Source: Acidilobaceae archaeon
Lineage (GTDB): Archaea > Thermoproteota > Thermoprotei_A > Sulfolobales > Acidilobaceae
Direction of reading: 5' to 3'
Assembly (NCBI GenBank): GCA_038897215.1
Contig: JAWAWX010000001.1
Coordinates: 1,095,525-1,159,524 of the forward strand
Length of the DNA: 64,000 bases
Part shown: piece after piece, positions 17,545 through 27,240 of the stretch
Numbering within the stretch: position 1 is the first letter of the stretch
How the letters are laid out: each line of letters begins with the position of its first letter
The notes under the pieces: generated by a model
Seen by the model: the letters and a program-made list of their open reading frames with translations, nothing else
The model's database searches: none
Told to the model about the DNA's origin: nothing
Position numbers and translations under genes: made by a program

Positions 17545-19632
17545 GTGAGTAAGCTCGCCAAACTACGTCACTGCGAGCTACCGACTAACTTCATAGCTAT
17601 AATAGCCGAGAAGCCTAAAGCAGCCCAACGCATAGCCAACGCTATAGGCAAAGCTGACTTATGCGTCTCAGAAGGCACTCCCTACTGGATCATTCGGTCC
17701 TCAAACACTCCCATAGTCGTTGTTTCAGCAGCGGGGCACCTCTTTGGCCTGTATACTCCGATAAGAGACAAGTACCCGGTCTACGACTTCGAGTGGAGAC
17801 CTCTCTGGGTAATAGATGAGAGTTCTAGACACCTCAAGAGATTCTACGACCTTCTAGCCAGAATTCTGCCCAAAGCGTCACTCTATGTCAGCGCCTGCGA
17901 TTACGATGTGGAAGGTAGCGTGATATGCTATAAGATCATCGAGGCCTTCGGAGACCCTAGGAGAGCTCGTCGAATGAAGTTTTCGACGCTGACAGCTACT
18001 GAAATCAGAGAGTCGTTTAAGAGACTGCAGCCTCTCGACGTAGAGATGATAGAAGCCGGCTTGGCTAGACATGAGCTCGACTGGCTCTGGGGGATAAATG
18101 TATCGAGAGCGTTGATGGATGCTTTGAGAACGGTAACAGGGTCGAGGAGAGTGCTTAGTGCAGGTCGTGTTCAAAGCCCGACTCTACTCGAAGCTGCTCG
18201 AAGATGGGTAAGCAAGGCTCTCCACGTCCCCAAACCCCACATAGAATTAACGGTGATAGCTGAGACGCGAGATGGAAGAACGCTTAGCTTTAAGCCGAAG
18301 GAGTGGAGTCCAGCTACTCTCAGCGAAGCCAAGTCTATTGCTGTAGAACTCAAAAAGCGGGGCACGTTGCTAGTAGTCGGCTCGGAGAAGCACGAGAAAG
18401 TCTTAGACCCGCCTCCAGCCTTCAATCTAGGCGATCTCCAGCATGAAGCCTACAGGGTCTACGGCTTTTCTCCAATGAAGACTCAAAACATAGCCGAAGA
18501 GCTGTACCTGAAAGCTCTGATAAGCTACCCGAGAACTAACAGTCAGAAGCTACCAGCTACCATAGACTTCTACCGGATAATGAGCGGTCTTAAGTCCAAC
18601 CCTAAGTACTCGAAGCTCGTGACGACTCTGCTATCGGAGAGCAGAGGGGTCCTGAAGCCTGTACAGGGTAGAGAGGAGGATCCGGCGCACCCAGCTATAC
18701 ACCCTACTGGGGAATCTCCAGTAAAGCTTTCTCGCGACCAAGAACTCATCTACGACCTCATAGTTAGAAGATTTCTAGCAGCTTTCGCCAAACCAGCAGT
18801 CTTAAACTATGTGTGGGTCGTAGCTAGAGACTACTCGCGTAGACTCTACGTAGCTCACGGTATCGAGGTAGCTGAGAAAGGCTGGCTTAAATACTACCAC
18901 TTCAGCGAGCCTCAAGAACACCTAGTGCCTTCCTTGAGGAGCGGCGATGAGCTAAGAGTAGCTAGTGTCAGAGTAGGGGTTAGGTGGAGTAGCTCGCCCA
19001 TAGCCATCACTAAAGACTCTCTCCTCAGATGGATGGAGAGCGTCGGGCTCGGGACGGAGTCGACTAGAGCTAGGATAATAGAGACGCTCTACGAGAGAGA
19101 ATACATTGTATCTCGAGGCAAGACAGCTGTCGTCTCAGACCTAGGTCTCACTATCGCGTCGATCCTAGACGAGTACGTCCCTGAACTCACATCCCCCGAC
19201 CTCACTAGGCGTTTCGAGAGACTACTCGAGGATATAAGGTATGGGAGAACCTCTAGGCTTCAAGTCATCAAGGAAGCCATAGCGTCGCTCAACGTTATCC
19301 TAGAGAAGATCTCGAGAAACAAGGCGGCCATAGGCTTCCAGATAGCTCAAGGAGTTGAGCTAGCGAAGCCTAGCGAGAAATGCAGTATCTGCGATAGGCA
19401 AGCCTCGAGGACGATGGGTGAAGTGAAGCTCTGCAGATACCACGAGATGAGCGTAGATGAGCTTAAGAAAGCCATACCAGAGATAGCACGAAAACTCGAC
19501 ACTACATGCAGGAAAGCGTTGGAAACCGTGGCTGGCAAGAGAGCCACGGGCGTCTGGGTAGCTGAGACAGCCAGGTTTGCTCTAAGAGACTCCAGACTCC
19601 TCGACTTGATCACCTCTCTCTGCCGCGAGTAG
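17545..19632 (+). CDS. topA: Type IA DNA topoisomerase (archaeal TopA/Topo III)
   Basis: IAEKP, AAGHL, DYDVEG, SAGRVQSP, catalytic ISYPRT, LGTESTR. Confidence 0.96.
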   Translation: MSKLAKLRHCELPTNFIAIIAEKPKAAQRIANAIGKADLCVSEGTPYWIIRSSNTPIVVVSAAGHLFGLYTPIRDKYPVYDFEWRPLWVIDESSRHLKRFYDLLARILPKASLYVSACDYDVEGSVICYKIIEAFGDPRRARRMKFSTLTATEIRESFKRLQPLDVEMIEAGLARHELDWLWGINVSRALMDALRTVTGSRRVLSAGRVQSPTLLEAARRWVSKALHVPKPHIELTVIAETRDGRTLSFKPKEWSPATLSEAKSIAVELKKRGTLLVVGSEKHEKVLDPPPAFNLGDLQHEAYRVYGFSPMKTQNIAEELYLKALISYPRTNSQKLPATIDFYRIMSGLKSNPKYSKLVTTLLSESRGVLKPVQGREEDPAHPAIHPTGESPVKLSRDQELIYDLIVRRFLAAFAKPAVLNYVWVVARDYSRRLYVAHGIEVAEKGWLKYYHFSEPQEHLVPSLRSGDELRVASVRVGVRWSSSPIAITKDSLLRWMESVGLGTESTRARIIETLYEREYIVSRGKTAVVSDLGLTIASILDEYVPELTSPDLTRRFERLLEDIRYGRTSRLQVIKEAIASLNVILEKISRNKAAIGFQIAQGVELAKPSEKCSICDRQASRTMGEVKLCRYHEMSVDELKKAIPEIARKLDTTCRKALETVAGKRATGVWVAETARFALRDSRLLDLITSLCRE

Positions 19633-19698
19633 CTACGAGGCCTGCTCGCCAGGGGGCAGGGGAGCGATTTTGAAACTTAACTCCTCCAGCTAATCTAC

Positions 19699-20853
19699 GT
19701 GTATCTGAGAGGGTGCGGCGAATTAGGCTTCTGTAGAGTTTGCGGAAAGCGAGACAAGCTCGTCAGCTCTTCTCTGAGCATCTGCTACACCTGTCTAGCT
19801 AGAGACACGAAGCCACCAGCTTTCGTTCACGATATGAGAAGAGCTTGGAGGCACAAGCTAGGCCTGGGCGAAGACGCTCCTAGAGACTCGGCTAGCAAGC
19901 CTTGCCCCATATGCGTCAACGAGTGCAGAATAGGGGTTGGAGAGAGGGGGTTCTGCGGAGTCTGGGTGAACAGGTCTGGAAGGCTCGAGTACATCGTAGA
20001 GAGGGGAGTCTTAGCGGAAACCTACTACGACCCGCACCCCACGAACTGCGTGGCTGCCCCCATATGCCCGGCTACGACGCGGCGAGGCTTCCCCGACTAT
20101 ACTCCCACAGAAGGGCTGGAGTACGGCTACTACAACCTGGCGGTCTTCATGGGTGGTTGCTCTCTCGACTGCTTGTTCTGCCAGAACTGGTCTCACCGCG
20201 TGCTAGCTTCTAGAGCTTCCCGTGTTAAAGACTACGAGAGTCTAGTGTTGGAAGCTCTAGACCCTAGAGTCACGTGTGTGTGCTACTTCGGCGGCGACCC
20301 AGTCCCCCACCTGCCTCTCCTCATCAGAGTCTCTAAGGAGATACTAGACAAGTCTAGAGACAGAGGGCAGAGATACAAGAGGATATGCTGGGAGACAAAC
20401 GGCTTGATGAACCCGGTCTTAGCTAGAGAGATGTCTATATTGAGTCTGAAGAGTGGGGGGATCGTTAAGATCGACTGGAAAGCGTGGACCCCCTCTGTCT
20501 ACGAGGCCCTAACCGGGGTCGATGGGGAGAGAGCTCTCACAAGACTCAAGGAGAACGCTAAGCTAATAGCGAGCATCGGGAGGGAGAGACCAGAGCCCCC
20601 CCTCTTAGTCGTGAGTGTTCTACTAGTCCCCGGCTACGTCACGCCCGAAGAGGTTTCACGTATAGCAGAGTACATAGCGAGTCTCGATGACAGAATCCCC
20701 ATGGTTCTCCTCGCTTTCCACCCAGACTACATAATGACGGACCTTCCCCCCACGAGCTCAAGGCATGTAGAGGAAGCAGTTAGAGAAGCGAGGAGAGTGG
20801 GAATAAAGGAGATCTATGTAGGCAACGAGTGGCTTCTAGGAGACTATTACTGA
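19699..20853 (+). CDS. Radical SAM protein, PFL-activase-like/AmmeMemoRadiSam-type
   Basis: N-terminal Cys clusters, CSLDCLFCQN, YFGGDP, WETNG, AFHP. Confidence 0.88.
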   Translation: MYLRGCGELGFCRVCGKRDKLVSSSLSICYTCLARDTKPPAFVHDMRRAWRHKLGLGEDAPRDSASKPCPICVNECRIGVGERGFCGVWVNRSGRLEYIVERGVLAETYYDPHPTNCVAAPICPATTRRGFPDYTPTEGLEYGYYNLAVFMGGCSLDCLFCQNWSHRVLASRASRVKDYESLVLEALDPRVTCVCYFGGDPVPHLPLLIRVSKEILDKSRDRGQRYKRICWETNGLMNPVLAREMSILSLKSGGIVKIDWKAWTPSVYEALTGVDGERALTRLKENAKLIASIGRERPEPPLLVVSVLLVPGYVTPEEVSRIAEYIASLDDRIPMVLLAFHPDYIMTDLPPTSSRHVEEAVREARRVGIKEIYVGNEWLLGDYY

Positions 20854-20927
20854 GAACAATCCTAGCTTCAAAACCTGCTAAAGACTTTTTTGAGATTAAT
20901 ATTAATGGAGACTATTGCGGATACTTG

Positions 20928-20987
20928 GTCGGATGATGAGCTTTCGGTCGCGCAGAGTGGTGACGAAATTTCCTCCCTCTGACTCTA
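20928..20987 (+). ncRNA. Box C/D guide sRNA targeting two sites in 23S rRNA
   Basis: C ATGATGA 20933-39, D' CAGA 20953-56, C'-like GTGGTGA/TGACGA, D CTGA 20979-82. The guides are complementary to 23S 62027-62037 and 61988-61997. Confidence 0.9.
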
Positions 20988-21030
20988 ACCATAGAGAAAG
21001 ATGGGAGCTAGCACTGCTGGTAGCTGACTG

Positions 21031-21576
21031 CTAAAACTTGACCCATCTAAGTATCAGATAGTAAAGCAGTTTCTCCTTAGACGCTATTGCTAGCGTGAGA
21101 GTCTTTCTAGCGCTATGACTTACTCTCTGAGCCTTAACTATATCCAGAGGGCTTATCTCCTCGTCTGCTTCATACGCGTTCACGACAAATGGAGCGTGCT
21201 CGAGACCCGGGCCTATTCTGTAGACTGTGAAGTCTCCTCCGTACCTCAGCCCCGAGCGGACTATGAGGCCCGCGTCTCTCAGAGACTTGTAGATGGTGTA
21301 CTCAGCAGCAGACTTCTTGTCCTTTAGTAGAGTGAGCTTGAGAGTCTCAACATTCAACGGCCTCCCCTCAAGGTCTTTGAGACATATGGCCCCCTTTTCT
21401 GCCAAGTAGAGAGTCTCGTAGACGCTCAGCCTGAGGGGCGTCTCGAAGCTCGCATCTTTAGGCTTCTCGACTCCTATGGGTAGCCCGTAGAATCCTCTGG
21501 AGAAGAGAGACCTAGCTTTCTCCACGTCGAGGATTAGAGCGGAGTCTTCTAGAAGAAGAGCGTCAACGCATTCCAA
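21031..21576 (-). CDS. endA: tRNA-splicing endonuclease catalytic subunit
   Basis: GLRYGGDFTVY, GPGLEHAPF, ARK; crenarchaeal-specific loop G.PIGVEKPK. Confidence 0.93.
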   Translation of the reverse strand: MECVDALLLEDSALILDVEKARSLFSRGFYGLPIGVEKPKDASFETPLRLSVYETLYLAEKGAICLKDLEGRPLNVETLKLTLLKDKKSAAEYTIYKSLRDAGLIVRSGLRYGGDFTVYRIGPGLEHAPFVVNAYEADEEISPLDIVKAQRVSHSARKTLTLAIASKEKLLYYLILRWVKF

Positions 21577-22405
21577 CTCGAGTCACCACCCCGCCGAGTC
21601 TGCGAGCTAGATCTAGGTCCAGCGACGCGATCACGCCGCTGAGACTAACTACTCTATCGAGAGGCGAGTCCAAGGGCTCTCCTTTTAGCGTATACGCTTC
21701 TCCCCCAGCTTCTCTGAGGAAGCCTAGCGCAGCAGCTACATCAACATTCCTCAGCCTCTCCCTCAAGTCTGCGAAGACGGCGAATCTGCCTAATGCCGTG
21801 TAGCAGAGTTCTAGCGCTGCACTACCCAAACCTCGAACCTTGACTGCTCCAAGGTGGCTCCTGATAGCGCTTAAGAGGTTCACAGCTACCTCTGGTTTAT
21901 CCTCATCCAAATAGACTACTACCGTTCTGCTCTGTCTCTGGTCTCCTCTAATCACACTCCTAGAGTCCACTCTCCTTCCCCCGTAGAAGCAGCCTTTGCC
22001 GATAGCAAAAGAGAAGGGCTCGAGTTCGAAAACAGGCACGACAGCTCCAGCTACAACGTCTCTCAGTTTCTCCCCATAGGTGAAAGCTATCGATACTGAA
22101 GCCCAGGGGATGCAGAGAGCGTAGTTATTGCTTCCATCCAGCGGGTCTATTACCGCTCTAAGCCCTCCACCCCCATTAACCTCGAAGAAGCCTCTCTCCT
22201 CAGAAACTCCTACTAGCCTAAGACCCTCATATCTTAACGCATCGATGATGTACTCCTCGCTGACTTTATCGGCTACTATGGTCTCCCCCTGGACTCTAGC
22301 TGAGTACGAGTCGATACACGCGTGATCTCTCAAGAGAGCAGCTGCTTCGCTAGCGACTCTTACAGCTATTCTACGTAAATCCTCGGGCTCTAAGCTATCT
22401 CTCAC
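21563..22405 (-). CDS. Inositol monophosphatase/FBPase family
   Basis: SEE, IDPLDGSNN, GSAALE, DVAAA. Confidence 0.92.
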   Translation of the reverse strand: MRDSLEPEDLRRIAVRVASEAAALLRDHACIDSYSARVQGETIVADKVSEEYIIDALRYEGLRLVGVSEERGFFEVNGGGGLRAVIDPLDGSNNYALCIPWASVSIAFTYGEKLRDVVAGAVVPVFELEPFSFAIGKGCFYGGRRVDSRSVIRGDQRQSRTVVVYLDEDKPEVAVNLLSAIRSHLGAVKVRGLGSAALELCYTALGRFAVFADLRERLRNVDVAAALGFLREAGGEAYTLKGEPLDSPLDRVVSLSGVIASLDLDLARRLGGVVTRVGMR

Positions 22406-22521
22406 TGAGAGCGCCCAGAGTAGGTCCTCTTTACTCTCGAGAGCTATTAGATTGCATCAGCATCAGTCTAGATTAAAGATTAAAGAATCTTGAGTCTTGT
22501 TGGTGACAGAGTGGGAGCATT

Positions 22522-23010
22522 ATGGGGGATACGAGTAGAAGAGTGTGGATAAAACGCCACCTTATCGATATAATCCTCGTTCTTCTAGTAGTCTCGTATC
22601 TAGTCTTGAGGCTGAGTGGTGGAGGACTAGCAGTCGTTAGTGGGAGAAGCATGGAGCCTACTCTACACACAGGAGATGTAGTAATTTATGTGAAGAAAGA
22701 CCCTGCCGAGCTGAAGGAAGGCGATGTCGTAATATTTGTCTCAAACAGAGGCCTAGTAATACATAGAGTTGTAGAGAAATACGAGGTAGGCTCTCGCATA
22801 TGCTTCATCATCCAAGGAGATAATAACCCGGTGCCAGACATCGGAGACCCGCAGCTCTGCCCACCACTCGCGAGTGTGCCAGGATATGAGAGAAGCCCGG
22901 GTATCCCCGAGGAGTGGATAGTGGGGAAGGTCGTAGACGTGAATGGCTATGTGATTAAGATACCGTATATAGGTATTGTAGCTCTAGCGATCCACAATAT
23001 CTTCAGATAA
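22522..23010 (+). CDS. Signal peptidase I (Sec11/archaeal type)
   Basis: [23 protein letters not shown]. Confidence 0.93.
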   Translation: MGDTSRRVWIKRHLIDIILVLLVVSYLVLRLSGGGLAVVSGRSMEPTLHTGDVVIYVKKDPAELKEGDVVIFVSNRGLVIHRVVEKYEVGSRICFIIQGDNNPVPDIGDPQLCPPLASVPGYERSPGIPEEWIVGKVVDVNGYVIKIPYIGIVALAIHNIFR

Positions 23011-23018
23011 GGTGGGGA

Positions 23019-23588
23019 TTGTTGAGAGTCTCGGTGGCTCTAACAGGAGCTAGTGGAGTGAGAGTAGCCTTAAGGCTCATTCAATACATGAGCTCTCTAG
23101 GGATAGACGTATATGGCATAATAGTAACGAAGGCGGCTAAAGCTGTGGCAGCAGCGGAGGAGGGGTTGAGTGAGAGCGAGCTAGTCAGGATTCTGGAGAG
23201 CTATGCTCGAGTATACGATAATAGAGACTACAGCTCCCCTCTAGCTAGTTCTTCTAACCAGCCAGACGCTATGGTGATAGTCCCAGCTAGCATGAAAACC
23301 ATAGGACTCATATCCAACGGTATCCCAGCAGGGCTCGTTAGCAGAGCTGCTCTAGCGATCCTCAGGCTGAGACGCAAGCTAGTAGTAGCTCCTAGAGAGT
23401 CCCCTCTCGGTGTTTCAGAGCTCCGGAATCTCTACAGGCTAGCTCTCAGCGGTGCAATCATAGTGCCTCTCACTCTAGCATTCTACAGCCGGCCCAAGAC
23501 TGTAGACGATATCGTTGACTTCAACGTTGGGAAGATACTAGATGTTCTAGGAGTAAAGCATAATCTGTACAAGAGGTGGGGTTCATAA
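23019..23588 (+). CDS. ubiX: Flavin prenyltransferase UbiX
   Basis: TGASG, PASMKT, PRESP, AFYSRP, KRW. Confidence 0.93.
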   Translation: MLRVSVALTGASGVRVALRLIQYMSSLGIDVYGIIVTKAAKAVAAAEEGLSESELVRILESYARVYDNRDYSSPLASSSNQPDAMVIVPASMKTIGLISNGIPAGLVSRAALAILRLRRKLVVAPRESPLGVSELRNLYRLALSGAIIVPLTLAFYSRPKTVDDIVDFNVGKILDVLGVKHNLYKRWGS

Positions 23589-23631
23589 GCTTTAAAACTC
23601 TGTGCTAGAAGCCTCGAGGAAGGGTAGCACG

Positions 23632-24036
23632 ATGACGATATACCAGGGGAGAGACTTCAAGAAGCCTACTGGAGGATACAAGAGTAGACCCTATAAGGTG
23701 AAGAGGTGGGCTCTTAGGGGTGGAGAAGCTACGCTCACCACTCTAGGTCAAGCTAGTGAAGTGAAGATAGTTAAGGGCAGAGGGAATACCATCAAGTTGA
23801 AGCTTGTGACAGCATCTCATGCCGTAGTCTCTGACCCCAAGACGGGTTTGTCGAAGAAGGCTAGAATACTTGGCGTCGTAGAGACGCCGGCTAATAGGGA
23901 GTACGCGAGGAGAGGGATTATAGTCAAGGGCTCGATCATAATGACTGAGCTCGGGAAGGCAGTAGTCACCTCGAGGCCTAGTCAGGACGGTGTTGTTAAC
24001 GCTGTGCTAGTAGAGCCAGCAGGGTCTGCTAAGTGA
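23632..24036 (+). CDS. rps8e: 30S ribosomal protein S8e
   Basis: YQGRDFKKPTGG, RGN, NREYARRGIIVKG, TSRPSQDGVVNAVL; start moved to ATG 23632. Confidence 0.96.
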   Translation: MTIYQGRDFKKPTGGYKSRPYKVKRWALRGGEATLTTLGQASEVKIVKGRGNTIKLKLVTASHAVVSDPKTGLSKKARILGVVETPANREYARRGIIVKGSIIMTELGKAVVTSRPSQDGVVNAVLVEPAGSAK

Positions 24037-24314
24037 GCAGAATCGTGATCTGGCCTGTTTACATCGATTGCGGCACAGAGAGAAGGTTGGGTAGAAGGCT
24101 CTCTAGAGAACTCTGCGTCAAGAAGCCAACAGTCGCAGAGATTGTAGTAGCGGCTGAGAAGCTGGGGCTCAAGCCTGAGGTAGTCAAGAAGAGCTATCCT
24201 AGACTCTGGTGGGTCTATAGAGACGCAGTCGTAGTCGATAAGATGGGTAGCAAGAGAGAGACTTTGAAAGCCATAGCTAGGAAGATACAAGAGCTTAGGA
24301 GACAGCACGCCTAG
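24033..24314 (+). CDS. srp19: SRP19 protein
   Basis: VIWPVYID...R.LGRR, KSYPR. Confidence 0.93.
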   Translation: MSRIVIWPVYIDCGTERRLGRRLSRELCVKKPTVAEIVVAAEKLGLKPEVVKKSYPRLWWVYRDAVVVDKMGSKRETLKAIARKIQELRRQHA

Positions 24315-25065
24315 ACTTGAGCTCTCTAAGAATAGGGATAGACTCGAGCTTCTCCTCATCCAATAGCTCCCACAAGACCCCGGGGGGTCTTGGGCCTCTC
24401 TCCCGTACTCTGATCACTCTGGTTGGCGTGCAGATCAAGTCTATCGGGACATCGTATACCTCTTGGGGGATTCGGGAGTCGATTACTTGAACATCGTGAA
24501 CAGTCGTAGCTATCGGGACATCGGGGTCTATGATTCCCAGTTCTAGCAGAATCGCGTACTCCAGCTCGCCGTAGCCCTCGCCTTTACCTAGTCTCTCTCC
24601 ATAAGTGTTGACAACCACGCTACCCTCCACTATGAGGTCTACTGAGGGAACAGCTCTCGAGAGCTCATCAACTCTCCTCAAGACTCTACCTAGCTCGAAA
24701 GCCCCCTTTATGGTAGACGCTCTCTCGTAGAGATGTGCTGGGATAAAGCGAGGCTCCAGGACCACGAAGCCTTCTCTGATTCTAGGTGTTGGCATCAATA
24801 GCGTCTTCCCCTCCTCGAGAGCCCTAAGCCTGACCCACCTCTGGGGAGAATCGGGATTGACTTTGACCACAGAAGCCTTTCTCCACTCAGGCTCAGAGAA
24901 GAGCTTGCTGGCTGCTTCTCGAGCCCCCAGGAAGTTCGGTATTCTACCATGTATAGGCATGGGTGGGAGTGCTATCTTCAAGTCTAGCATCTTATTCCAG
25001 ATAGCGTTTCTCAAAGCTCTCTTCGCAGACTTCTTCTCACCGACTTCTAGGAAGCGGTGGCTCAA
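24295..25065 (-). CDS. 5-formyl-THF cyclo-ligase paralogue (COG0212/MTHFSD-like)
   Basis: GRIPNF.GA, KVNPDSPQ, GKGEGYGELEY, TTVHD.Q. Confidence 0.9.
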   Translation of the reverse strand: MSHRFLEVGEKKSAKRALRNAIWNKMLDLKIALPPMPIHGRIPNFLGAREAASKLFSEPEWRKASVVKVNPDSPQRWVRLRALEEGKTLLMPTPRIREGFVVLEPRFIPAHLYERASTIKGAFELGRVLRRVDELSRAVPSVDLIVEGSVVVNTYGERLGKGEGYGELEYAILLELGIIDPDVPIATTVHDVQVIDSRIPQEVYDVPIDLICTPTRVIRVRERGPRPPGVLWELLDEEKLESIPILRELKSRRAVS

Positions 25066-25784
25066 GCTCTCCTCCTCAAAGCTCTAGCAGTCTCCAGTAA
25101 TAAGCTGAAGTCTCCTGGAGCGGAGAGCAAGACGCCCTCCACGAGCCCTTCTAGAGCACCAACTACCTCTAACGCCTCCTCGCTACTCAACCCTCTAGCT
25201 CGTAGCTTCTCGGGAACACGTGTTGCGCTACGCTCTCCGAGGAGGATCACGTAGGGGTAGAGAAGCTTCCCTCTCCTCCTAGCGAGAGAGGAGACGGCTT
25301 CGATCTTCTCCAGGTTTTCTCTCGTCAGATTTAACACTAGGTAGAAATCAGCGGGAGCTTCGACTCTTCTCTCTATCTCATCGAGCGTCTTGGCGAGACT
25401 GAGTAGCAATCCTGGACTCAGCTTACCGGCAATGCTCTTGACTAGAGCCACTGCCTCCTCTGAACTCAAATCCTTCACGGTCACATAGCCTGGGATTATG
25501 TCTCCTGTGAGTGGCACGATTCTCTCAACGTTGCAGACCTCAAGCGTTTTAACTATAGACTCGAAGGCAAGTCTATTTAGGTCAAGAAGCCTTACGTGAG
25601 CTATCACCTTGACCTCTACTCTAGCAGCTTTAACGAAGCAGGAGACCATCGGCGAGAAGAATCTAGTGACTCCTAGAGGAGAGTCGGGTACATCGACCCA
25701 GTCTGCTACCTCTATCAGCGACTCTACCCTCTTCACCAGCTTCTCTCTACTCTTCACGGGCTCGAGTTCAACAAGTATCTCCAC
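25062..25784 (-). CDS. Divergent MTHFR-like (MetF-fold) protein
   Basis: LVELEP, VPDSPLG, IAHVR..DLNR and LTGD match the MTHFR N-terminal motifs. Confidence 0.6.
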   Translation of the reverse strand: MEILVELEPVKSREKLVKRVESLIEVADWVDVPDSPLGVTRFFSPMVSCFVKAARVEVKVIAHVRLLDLNRLAFESIVKTLEVCNVERIVPLTGDIIPGYVTVKDLSSEEAVALVKSIAGKLSPGLLLSLAKTLDEIERRVEAPADFYLVLNLTRENLEKIEAVSSLARRRGKLLYPYVILLGERSATRVPEKLRARGLSSEEALEVVGALEGLVEGVLLSAPGDFSLLLETARALRRRA

Positions 25785-25797
25785 TTCCAGACAACAC

Positions 25798-26727
25798 CTA
25801 CACTGAAGACACGTAGACAGCTACTAGCGCTAATAGCATTAAGTAGAGTAGCCTATTCTTGTGAGCTAGAGCTACCCCTGGCTCCGGGTTCTTCAGTAGC
25901 TTCACTGAATCCCAGAGAGCGATAGCGCTTATCACGGCTAATAGAGGCAGGTAGATAGCCAGCCTAACACTCCCCACTAGAGCTATAGCTATGCCGGCTA
26001 CTAGAGCTACGAGGTAGAAGAGTAGAGCTAAGTAGACGGCTCTCCTAGCTCCTAACAGAACAGCTATGGTGTACGCTCCTCTCGCTCTATCCCCCTCGAC
26101 GTCGGCCACGCTCTTCACCACCTCTCTACCTAGGACAGTAGCGAAAGCCATGACCCATATCAAGCTCAACCTAGTCCAGTTAACGGACTCAAGGCCCAGA
26201 TAGTGGGAGGTGATTAGCCCACCGTAGACCAGCGGGAGCGCTGTAATCCAGGCTACGATCACGTTCCCAACGAGCGGCACTCTCTTAAAGTAAATGTTGT
26301 AGGAGTGGGAGAGAATCAAGACTACGAGAGCTAGAGCGGCTACGCGAGGAGCGGGCTCGATCAAAAAGGAGACAGCTAGACCGGCTGTAGCAGAGAAAGC
26401 TCCTAGAAGCCAAGCGAACTCTCTGCTGACTCTCCCCGAGGGGATGGGTCTCCAAGGCGCGTTGATCCTATCTATCTCGTAGTCGATCACATCATTCAAA
26501 GCCATTATAGAGAATGCTAGAAGAAGCCCGCCCACGAGGTGGAAAACAGTCTGGTCTAGAGGTAGAAAGAGGGGAGCTCTACTCGAAGCTACAGCTATAC
26601 CAACGAATATAGCGAAAACACCCATCAACGAGTTGACGGGTCTGCATAGCTCTACTATGCCCAAGAGAGTCGGAGATATGTTCGCAGAGACCCGCTTCAT
26701 CCCAAGAGTCTCCTCATGACTCAGCAA
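25798..26727 (-). CDS. UbiA-family prenyltransferase, probable digeranylgeranylglyceryl-phosphate synthase
   Basis: RP.N, NDVIDYEIDRINAPWRPIPSG, REVVK..D.EGD. Confidence 0.88.
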   Translation of the reverse strand: MLSHEETLGMKRVSANISPTLLGIVELCRPVNSLMGVFAIFVGIAVASSRAPLFLPLDQTVFHLVGGLLLAFSIMALNDVIDYEIDRINAPWRPIPSGRVSREFAWLLGAFSATAGLAVSFLIEPAPRVAALALVVLILSHSYNIYFKRVPLVGNVIVAWITALPLVYGGLITSHYLGLESVNWTRLSLIWVMAFATVLGREVVKSVADVEGDRARGAYTIAVLLGARRAVYLALLFYLVALVAGIAIALVGSVRLAIYLPLLAVISAIALWDSVKLLKNPEPGVALAHKNRLLYLMLLALVAVYVSSV

Positions 26728-26855
26728 CTAGACAGAAGGTCTAGATGTAGCTTTAAAGCTTTAAATAGCCTAAGCTACAGAAATTATTACGTGAGCTGAG
26801 AGAAGAGAGTAGGCATGTAGAGGAGAGAGATGGCTGATAGAACGGTGATGGAGGA

Positions 26856-27233
26856 GTGGTGAAGCAACTAGCCAAGCTGGAAGCTCAAGCGCTTGAGCTG
26901 ATCCGAGAGAACAACGGGTCTATATTCCAGAATGAGTTATGGAAGAGGCTTAACCTAGATAGTAGAGAGGGCTCTCGCCTAGTCCTACGTCTTCTGAGGA
27001 AGGGCTTGATTCAGAGAGAGGAGGTTATGGTTAACGGGAGGAAGACGTATAGACTCTTCATAGTAGAGGAGAACAGAAGAAAAGCGTTCACCGTAAAGGT
27101 AAAGCTTGCTAGAGTCGTGGGGATCCCGTGCTTCACATGCACTCAGCTCGAGGAGTGCGGTTACAGCGAGTTAAGCGACCCCAGGTCGTGCCATCTACTT
27201 GACTCCTGGCTACAGAGAGCAGACGTGGTGTAG
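26856..27233 (+). CDS. TFE-beta / RPC34-like protein (winged helix plus C-terminal Cys4 Fe-S domain)
   Basis: FQNELW...SR....L..KGLI winged helix and PCFTC-x5-C...P..C..L..W; 125 aa. Confidence 0.8.
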   Translation: MVKQLAKLEAQALELIRENNGSIFQNELWKRLNLDSREGSRLVLRLLRKGLIQREEVMVNGRKTYRLFIVEENRRKAFTVKVKLARVVGIPCFTCTQLEECGYSELSDPRSCHLLDSWLQRADVV

Positions 27234-27240
27234 CTGTAGC

